Positions 1 to 4,436 of a stretch of DNA of 4,510 nucleotides are shown in pieces. A model generated the notes under the pieces. It did no database searches. It had not been told where the DNA came from and saw nothing but the letters and a program-made list of their open reading frames with translations. The position numbers and the translations under genes are program-made. This DNA comes from a virus. Its lineage: Duplodnaviria > Heunggongvirae > Uroviricota > Caudoviricetes. The stretch lies in IMG/VR virus record IMGVR_UViG_2724679238_000010; one strand, written 5' to 3'. Within the stretch, counting starts at the first letter, position 1. Every line of letters begins with the position of its first letter.

Positions 1-365
1 CCGATAGCCGCCGCCAGATGGTTTTTTCCGGTACCAGGTTTTCCGCTGAACGCGAAATTTGTGCATCCGGTCATCAGTTCATCAGCGATGGATTTCGCCT
101 GACTTAACGCGTATCGCTGGCCGTCGTTCTGTACATGGTAATTCGCAAACGAGCATTTACGGTGCAACGGCTGGATGCCTGAGCGATTCAGAATTTTTTC
201 CACCCGCAACTGGCGATTCAGGCGGTTGATCTCCTCGCTACGCTTCTGGCCTTCAGCAAGTTGCCACTCGCGCCACTCCGCTACCGTTCTGAATGGGGCG
301 GTTACATGTGGCGGGGTCAGTCTGCGGATACGTTCCAGAACGCCGCCTGTCGCAATATTTTTCAT
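1..365 (-). CDS. DnaC/IstB-like replicative helicase loader, N-terminal 121 codons only (3' end beyond window start)
   Basis: Manual reverse-strand translation from ATG at 363..365 gives MKNIATGGVLERIRRLTPPHVTAPFRTVAEWREWQLAEGQKRSEEINRLNRQLRVEKILNRSGIQPLHRKCSFANYHVQNDGQRYALSQAKSIADELMTGCTNFAFSGKPGTGKNHLAAAIG, open to position 1. The C-terminal stretch FSGKPGTGKNHLAAAIG is a Walker A P-loop in the context typical of DnaC/IstB loaders. A G-rich SD (rc of 372..378, GGGGG) lies 9 nt upstream. Absent from the ORF track because it has no in-window stop. By synteny this would be the Rac ydaV position. Confidence 0.8.
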   Translation of the reverse strand, partial: MKNIATGGVLERIRRLTPPHVTAPFRTVAEWREWQLAEGQKRSEEINRLNRQLRVEKILNRSGIQPLHRKCSFANYHVQNDGQRYALSQAKSIADELMTGCTNFAFSGKPGTGKNHLAAAI

Positions 366-371
366 GGTTCG

Positions 372-1349
372 TTACCCCCTGAACCCCGGAGGAATTTCGG
401 TGTCCGGTTCAGAAATATGATTCACACAACGCTGTACAGGTGAACGCCCCAGGCGGATGACCAGTTCGTCCCATTTTTCGCGGAGCTTTGACGGGCTCAT
501 GATGTTTTTTACCCAGAATGGATCCCGCTGTACCCGCCCAAACATTTCGCAAATTTGTCTGTGAGTTCTGCCATCCAGCATCCGCATTGTGCGCACGTCA
601 TTGGCCCACGCGGTCCAGTTTGGTTCTTTCGGTCGCGTGATCTCGCCATCATCGCTGGCCGCCTGCTCGTAAAGACTCACGATTCGTCCCCAGATCCACT
701 GTGCGCACGCCAAATCTTCCTGACTTCCCCACTGGCGTTTTTTCGCACTGAACACAACCGCATCAGGGTGTCGGGTTAAAAAATCCTGTTCAGCCGTCTG
801 CGGGTCCGGTTGCGAAGCGTCCGGACAAGAAGATCTTTTATCTGATGGATCAGATTTTAATACTGACGGATCGGGGTCAATCATCGCCCCCCTAACCGAC
901 CGTTTTTTATCAACGGTTGATCCATCAAAATTTGACGGGTCAACCGTTGAGGGGGCAATATTTGACGGGTCAACCGTTGAGGGGTCAATATTTGACGGGT
1001 CATTTTTGGCCGGGCTAATTTTTCTTTTCGGTTTATATGCCTCTCGCGCCGCCGCTGCTGCAGCTTCGAGTTTTTCCACATTAAGCCGGTAGATATTGCT
1101 TACGTTACGTCCGCCAACCTTACGCTCTTCCTTTGTCAGCCAGCCGCTCTTTTCCAGTTCCGCTATCGCCGCTTTAACCGTTGATTCACTCTTTGCCCCA
1201 ATCTGACGACGAATGGTCTCTACTGCAGGCCATGACACACCTTCATCATTGCTGTAGTCTGCAAGACGAGCCATCACTGCCACCCTGGATAAGATCATGC
1301 CGGTGAAGGCACACCCTTCCCAGACAAGACCATGAAGCTTGCTGCTCAT
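372..1349 (-). CDS. phage replication initiation protein, lambda O-like (N-terminal winged-HTH domain, repeat-encoded linker, C-terminal domain)
   Basis: 325-aa ORF with ATG at 1347..1349 and a GGGG SD-like run 6 nt upstream. The N-terminal segment (GMILSRVAVMARLADYSNDEGVSWPAVETIRRQIGAKSESTVKAAIAELEKSGWLTKEE) looks like the winged-HTH of phage replication initiators. The middle is a 10-aa peptide repeat (DPSNIDPSTV / DPSNIAPSTV / DPSNFDGSTV) encoded by 30-bp DNA iterons. It lies immediately upstream of the DnaC-like loader gene. Family assignment is from recalled features, not a search. Confidence 0.85.
   Translation of the reverse strand: MSSKLHGLVWEGCAFTGMILSRVAVMARLADYSNDEGVSWPAVETIRRQIGAKSESTVKAAIAELEKSGWLTKEERKVGGRNVSNIYRLNVEKLEAAAAAAREAYKPKRKISPAKNDPSNIDPSTVDPSNIAPSTVDPSNFDGSTVDKKRSVRGAMIDPDPSVLKSDPSDKRSSCPDASQPDPQTAEQDFLTRHPDAVVFSAKKRQWGSQEDLACAQWIWGRIVSLYEQAASDDGEITRPKEPNWTAWANDVRTMRMLDGRTHRQICEMFGRVQRDPFWVKNIMSPSKLREKWDELVIRLGRSPVQRCVNHISEPDTEIPPGFRG
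909..1003. repeat. putative replication origin iterons inside the initiator gene: 30-bp tandem direct repeats with internal dyads
   Basis: Seen directly: 927..956 aaaatttgacgggtcaaccgttgagggggc; 957..986 aatatttgacgggtcaaccgttgaggggtc (28/30 identical); 987..1002 aatatttgacgggtca (truncated third copy). Each unit holds overlapping palindromes TTGAC-GG-GTCAA and TCAAC-C-GTTGA. An inverted relative, TCAACGGTTGA, sits at 910..920. A more AT-rich stretch follows at 1003..1040. The layout resembles lambda ori inside gene O. Confidence 0.6.
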
Positions 1350-1372
1350 AAAAAACCCCGAACACCGTGCTT

Positions 1373-1798
1373 TTAGTGCATCACCACGGCATTTCCTGCC
1401 GGGCCACCGCGATTAATCTGGTTGAAACCAGCAATTGCCACCGCAATAAAATCATCTGCATCCCTCACCAGCCGCTCCCGCGTCTCCAGCAGCTCCCGAA
1501 AATAGGCTGAACTGTGACTGCGCATTCGGGCCACCAGCAGAGGCGGCATTGCCTTTTCGATCGCTGGTAACAACGCCTGAATTTTTTTAACCGCATCAGG
1601 GGTGTCTTTCTCCACCCAGCGGAAAATTTTCTGAGTATTGCGAGCCAGGGCTTCAGGATGGCTGTCGTCATATAATTCCGGGAACGTCATACCCAGCTCA
1701 AAATAAGCCCGGGTTATTTCAGCCGCCGGAACTTTTTCACCGTCCGGATGCGCCCAGGCATTCATCACCATGCGGATGTGCTCATGCTTGATTATCAT
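1373..1798 (-). CDS. ydaT: YdaT-like protein (CII-like regulator, toxic on overexpression in Rac-type prophages)
   Basis: 141-aa ORF, ATG at 1796..1798, with AGGAG SD (rc of 1807..1811) 8 nt upstream. The protein (MIIKHEHIRMVMNAWAHPDGEKVPAAEITRAYFELGMTFPELYDDSHPEALARNTQKIF...) matches my recollection of the E. coli YdaT family. It sits directly downstream of the cro-like gene. Symbol is from recalled similarity plus synteny. Confidence 0.8.
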   Translation of the reverse strand: MIIKHEHIRMVMNAWAHPDGEKVPAAEITRAYFELGMTFPELYDDSHPEALARNTQKIFRWVEKDTPDAVKKIQALLPAIEKAMPPLLVARMRSHSSAYFRELLETRERLVRDADDFIAVAIAGFNQINRGGPAGNAVVMH

Positions 1799-2063
1799 GA
1801 ATCAAGCTCCTGGAAAGTGGTTGTGTTAACGTTTTGGTATCTTCCAGCTCGGGCCAAATATTCATCCAATCAAAAGGCCTTAGTTGCTGACGTGTAACTT
1901 CACCATTACTGGCTCGCTCAATAAGGACACATAACGATGCCCCTAACACTTGACCTTTACTCAATGCCTTTCTTAGATAACCGATGCTAGTACCACACTC
2001 ACATGCAAACATACGCTGTTCATCTGACGAAAGAGAATTGAGAAATATTCTTAATTCTTCCAT
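1782..2063 (-). CDS. ydaS: YdaS-like Cro-type HTH transcriptional regulator
   Basis: 93-aa ORF, ATG at 2061..2063, with AAGGAG SD (rc of 2069..2074) 5 nt upstream. The segment GTSIGYLRKALSKGQVLGASLCVLIERASNGEVTRQQLRPFDW fits the YdaS/Cro-like family pattern (ERA..GEV...LRP.DW). It is the first gene of the operon divergent from the repressor and overlaps ydaT by 17 nt. Confidence 0.8.
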   Translation of the reverse strand: MEELRIFLNSLSSDEQRMFACECGTSIGYLRKALSKGQVLGASLCVLIERASNGEVTRQQLRPFDWMNIWPELEDTKTLTQPLSRSLIHDNQA

Positions 2064-2081
2064 GGCTACTCCTTAGTAAAC

Positions 2082-2172
2082 TACGGTCAAGAATACCCAC
2101 AGGTAAACAAAAGTCAATACCTATGGGTTGTTTACCTTGCGGTAATCGCATCTATTATTTACCTATGGACAA
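2082..2172. promoter_or_regulatory. divergent promoter/operator region between the cro-like gene and the repressor gene
   Basis: Three copies of a dyad motif: O1 2093..2106 ATACCCACAGGTAA; O2 2117..2130 ATACCTATGGGTTG; O3 2159..2172 TTACCTATGGACAA. O1 and O2 are 24 bp centre to centre. Leftward promoter candidate: -35 TTGACT (rc of 2112..2117), 16-bp spacer, -10 TATTCT (rc of 2090..2095). Rightward promoter candidate: -35 TTTACC 2131..2136, 16-bp spacer, -10 TATTAT 2153..2158, ending 6 nt before ATG 2165. Confidence 0.5.
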
Positions 2173-2584
2173 ATATGAATTTAGACGACAGCAACTCATC
2201 AAAATTCGTGATGAGAAATGCGATGGTAAAGCGGTTAACGTGGCCAGAAAGATCGGTCGCGAGCCTTCTTATGTATCAAGAATGTTGTACCCAGAGGGGA
2301 AAAAAGGAAAAAAACGGATCGCTGATGATATGGTGGAGATTATCGAAGAGTCCTTTGGGTTACCCCGGGGATGGATGGATGGTATCGTTTCATCATCAAC
2401 GAACACAGCCTCCAATTATGAAACAAGGGTTCTAACGCCACGACAACGTATTTTTTTAGATCTCTTAGACGAACTGCCAGAAAGTGAAACGGATAACTTA
2501 TTAAAAACTCTTGAAGAGAAAAAACAGTATTACAATATGATCTACGAAGAAATCCGTAAAAAGAAAGCACAAAACGCGTCATAA
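2165..2584 (+). CDS. racR: prophage repressor, RacR-like (possibly a leaderless transcript); alternative start at 2123
   Basis: 139 aa from ATG 2165 (MDKYEFRRQQLIKIRDEKCDGKAVNVARKIGREPSYVSRMLYPEGKKGKKRIADDMVEIIEESFGLPRGWMD...). A helix-turn-helix-like segment sits near the N-terminus. The gene is divergent from the ydaS-ydaT pair, which is the position of racR in Rac. No SD precedes either candidate ATG, and the predicted -10 lies immediately upstream of 2165. Symbol rests on synteny plus a recalled, unverified resemblance. Confidence 0.65.
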   Translation: MDKYEFRRQQLIKIRDEKCDGKAVNVARKIGREPSYVSRMLYPEGKKGKKRIADDMVEIIEESFGLPRGWMDGIVSSSTNTASNYETRVLTPRQRIFLDLLDELPESETDNLLKTLEEKKQYYNMIYEEIRKKKAQNAS

Positions 2585-2625
2585 CTCACCAAACAACCAG
2601 CCACCAGTTAAGACACCCCAAAATT

Positions 2626-2664
2626 TTACCCATAGGTATTTACTTTTTGAATACCTATGGGTAT
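2626..2664. promoter_or_regulatory. operator-like dyad pair 3' of the repressor gene (OL analogue); may also form a hairpin
   Basis: 2626..2639 TTACCCATAGGTAT and 2651..2664 ATACCTATGGGTAT, 25 bp centre to centre, the same motif as in the divergent promoter region. ACCCATAGGTAT and ATACCTATGGGT are reverse complements, giving a 12-bp stem with an 11-nt loop followed by a T-rich tract (atcctttatttc). Confidence 0.45.
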
Positions 2665-2846
2665 CCTTTATTTCATACCAACCCTCCCCGCCCCACAGAA
2701 CGCAGGGCAATACTTTGAGTTACCAGGCAGTGGTCAGGGGTTAAGTAGCCAGCCCGAGGCGTAAGAACATGACGGCAGGGTTCAACTTTAACTATGCAGC
2801 AGGTTTTTGTTCCGCTACCCCGGCGTTAAGGGGAAATGAGGTCAGC

Positions 2847-2999
2847 ATGGATACTATCGATCTTGGCAACAACGAATCTCTGGTGTGCGGCGTGTTCCCA
2901 AACCAAGACGGTACGTTCACCGCAATGACGTATACCAAAAGCAAAACGCTTAAAACCGAATCTGGCGCGCGTCGCTGGTTAGCCAGAAACACTGACTGA
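2847..2999 (+). CDS. small prophage protein, about 50 aa (YdaF/YdfA-like small protein family suspected); alternative start at 2769
   Basis: ATG at 2847 with GAGG (2837..2840) 6 nt upstream. Protein MDTIDLGNNESLVCGVFPNQDGTFTAMTYTKSKTLKTESGARRWLARNTD. Size and position next to the repressor match the small ydaF/ydfA-type genes of Rac/Qin-like prophages. Family assignment is from memory and is tentative. Confidence 0.5.
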   Translation: MDTIDLGNNESLVCGVFPNQDGTFTAMTYTKSKTLKTESGARRWLARNTD

Positions 3000-3376
3000 T
3001 GAGGCTGACGATGGAATTTAAAGATTTACCGTCTGATGTACAGAAAACAGCAGCTCATACATTGCATTCTGTGCTGCGAGAAATCGGGAAAGATATTGCA
3101 AGCGAGCCAGCAAAAGATCTGGCCCGGAAAATCAAGACCGCTTTCGTTGAGCTTTATAATGTTGGCACTGACTCTGAAACTGTCGAGACCAAGACCGTAA
3201 GTTCACCAATATTCTCACTTGAGCCAGGCGTATTATCAGGTGAAATATGCACCGAGATTTCCAGCGAACTGCTTCCGGTAATACGAGAAACAATTTGCCG
3301 TCGCGGTTTGGATGGAAGTTACGATCATGACGTCCTGCAAGTTCTCAGGACAATGGTGACTTCACTGGGGATTTGA
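2999..3376 (+). CDS. hypothetical prophage early protein (125 aa; alternative start 3011 gives 121 aa)
   Basis: ATG 2999 overlaps the TGA stop of the upstream gene by 1 nt (TGATG), suggesting translational coupling. ATG 3011 has its own GAGG SD (3001..3004) 6 nt upstream. No recognisable domain by eye. Confidence 0.55.
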   Translation: MRLTMEFKDLPSDVQKTAAHTLHSVLREIGKDIASEPAKDLARKIKTAFVELYNVGTDSETVETKTVSSPIFSLEPGVLSGEICTEISSELLPVIRETICRRGLDGSYDHDVLQVLRTMVTSLGI

Positions 3377-3545
3377 TCCCTGCGTCCTCTAACCTTTTGA
3401 TATAGCGGTCCTCCAAGAAGCGGTAAATTTTGTCGAAATCATCTTTCCCCTCTGATTTATTCAGAGGATTACAGGACCCGTAAGTAGCGGCATACATTTC
3501 AACCGTTTTATCAAAAATATAAGAGACAAATTCTTCTTTAGTCAT
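3345..3545 (-). CDS. hypothetical small protein, 66 aa, charged and soluble-looking
   Basis: ATG at 3543..3545 (rc) with AAGAAGGA SD (rc of 3553..3560) 7 nt upstream. Protein MTKEEFVSYIFDKTVEMYAATYGSCNPLNKSEGKDDFDKIYRFLEDRYIKRLEDAGIKSPVKSPLS. The track ORF extends to a GTG at 3630..3632, but that start lacks an SD. The 3' end overlaps the convergent gene 2999..3376 by 32 bp. Confidence 0.45.
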   Translation of the reverse strand: MTKEEFVSYIFDKTVEMYAATYGSCNPLNKSEGKDDFDKIYRFLEDRYIKRLEDAGIKSPVKSPLS

Positions 3546-3882
3546 ATAGATTTCCTTCTTGGTTATTCGGGATAAGAAGGATACCACCTCGCCTGACGTG
3601 GTTAAAAGCAGGCACACAACACGAAAGCGCACGGCGAAGTTCGTCTCACTGTACGGTGTCGTTAAATTTAATTCGACCGTGCGCTTCCGGTTGTGGCAAC
3701 CCGCGAAATGGCGCGGCGGTAAGTATGGCGGGGTTATTCCTTCCCCGTTGAGGACACCGGGTTGTCAGGTTGACCATACGCTTAAGTGACAACCCCGCTG
3801 CAACGCCCTATGTTATCAATTTTCTGGTGACGTTTGGCGGTATCAGTTTTACTCCGTGACTGCTCTGCCGCCCTTTTTAAAG

Positions 3883-4030
3883 TGAATTTTGTGATGCGGT
3901 GAATGCGGCTAAGCGCACGCGGAACAGTTAAAACCAAAAACAGTGTTATGGGTGGATTCTCTGTATCCGGCGTTAATTGTTAACTGGTTAACGTCACCTG
4001 GAGGCACCAGGCACCGCATCACAAAATTCA
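3883..4030. repeat. perfect 19-bp inverted repeat pair enclosing 110 bp with GTTAAC dyads
   Basis: 3883..3901 tgaattttgtgatgcggtg is the exact reverse complement of 4012..4030 caccgcatcacaaaattca. The enclosed region holds GTTAAC-TG-GTTAAC (3979..3992) within cgttaa...ttaacg (3971..3993). The right arm ends 5 nt before the SD of the 4048 gene. Confidence 0.7.
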
Positions 4031-4047
4031 TTGTTGAGGACGCGATA

Positions 4048-4236
4048 ATGGAAACGTTATTACCAAACGTTAATACGTCTGAAGGTTGTTTTGAAATTGG
4101 TGTCAGAATCAGTAACTCTGCATTTACTGAAGATGCCATTAACAAGAGAAAACACGAACGGGAGTTATTAAATAAAATATGCATTCTTTCAATGCTGGCA
4201 CGTTTACGCCCGATGCAAAAAGGATGCTGGCAATGA
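4048..4236 (+). CDS. hypothetical small protein, 62 aa
   Basis: ATG 4048 with GAGGA SD (4036..4040) 7 nt upstream. Protein METLLPNVNTSEGCFEIGVRISNSAFTEDAINKRKHERELLNKICILSMLARLRPMQKGCWQ. Its stop TGA (4234..4236) overlaps an in-frame ATG (4233..4235) of the next ORF. The track ORF starts at a GTG (3943) lying inside the inverted-repeat region, which I consider non-coding. Confidence 0.4.
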   Translation: METLLPNVNTSEGCFEIGVRISNSAFTEDAINKRKHERELLNKICILSMLARLRPMQKGCWQ

Positions 4237-4436
4237 ATACAGCAATTGCTCTCACTCTGATAGTTTTTCTTAATACGGGCGAGCCTGTTGACCCGGTTAT
4301 TGACATTTACGGTTCAATGAAAGAATGCACGGCTGCCGCAGCGGAACAGAAAACTCCCGGTAACTGTTATCCGGTCGATAAAGTTATTCATATGGACAAT
4401 AACGAAATCCCGGCAGGACTTAAAACAGCACCGTAA
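4179..4436 (+). CDS. hypothetical small protein with signal-peptide-like or membrane-anchor N-terminus (85 aa; alternative start 4233 gives 67 aa)
   Basis: ORF MHSFNAGTFTPDAKRMLAMNTAIALTLIVFLNTGEPVDPVIDIYGSMKECTAAAAEQKTPGNCYPVDKVIHMDNNEIPAGLKTAP. Basic residues (KR) precede a hydrophobic stretch (AIALTLIVFL), followed by a polar region with two Cys. Start is ambiguous: ATG 4179 has only a distant GGAG; ATG 4233 has AAAAAGG 9 nt upstream and forms an ATGA overlap with the preceding ORF. Confidence 0.45.
   Translation: MHSFNAGTFTPDAKRMLAMNTAIALTLIVFLNTGEPVDPVIDIYGSMKECTAAAAEQKTPGNCYPVDKVIHMDNNEIPAGLKTAP

Noticed and set aside
175-443. Plus-strand track ORFs 175..420 and 261..443
   Set aside because: Both lie antisense to the DnaC-like and initiator genes, have no RBS and low-complexity, Arg-rich translations. 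They are shadow ORFs.
555-779. Plus-strand ORF of 74 aa
   Set aside because: Fully embedded antisense within the 325-aa initiator gene, with no RBS.
927-1003. Possible CRISPR array
   Set aside because: The 30-bp units are contiguous tandem copies with no unique spacers and lie in frame within a coding sequence. They are origin iterons, not CRISPR repeats.
881-1081. Minus-strand 66-aa ORF with repeated LTRQIL/PQR peptide
   Set aside because: An out-of-frame reading of the iteron repeats inside the initiator gene. The repetitive translation is a by-product of the DNA repeats.
1465-1671. Minus-strand 68-aa ORF
   Set aside because: Alternative frame inside the ydaT-like gene, Cys/Arg/Trp-rich, with no independent start signals.
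2175-2582. ORFs 2175..2435 (+) and 2340..2582 (-)
   Set aside because: Overlap the repressor gene in other frames or on the opposite strand, with no RBS.
2626-2676. Canonical rho-independent terminator call
   Set aside because: The stem is AT-rich and the downstream tract is only moderately T-rich. The exact match to the operator motif favours a primarily regulatory role, so it was not annotated as a terminator.
2792-2992. Minus-strand 66-aa ORF
   Set aside because: Antisense to the RBS-supported 50-aa gene, with no SD.
3559-3789. Plus-strand 76-aa ORF with TTG start
   Set aside because: No SD, highly basic low-complexity product, and it spans a hairpin-rich region. More likely non-coding.
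3883-4030. Miniature transposable element (MITE) bounded by the 19-bp inverted repeats
   Set aside because: No flanking direct target-site duplication is visible and no other copy exists in the window. Kept as a structural repeat of unknown function rather than called a mobile element.
3943-4047. GTG-initiated N-terminal extension of the 62-aa ORF
   Set aside because: The extension runs through the right arm of the 19-bp inverted repeat and lacks an SD, whereas the internal ATG at 4048 has a well-spaced GAGGA.
3909-4184. Minus-strand 91-aa ORF
   Set aside because: Antisense to the 4048 gene and its upstream inverted-repeat region, with no convincing RBS.
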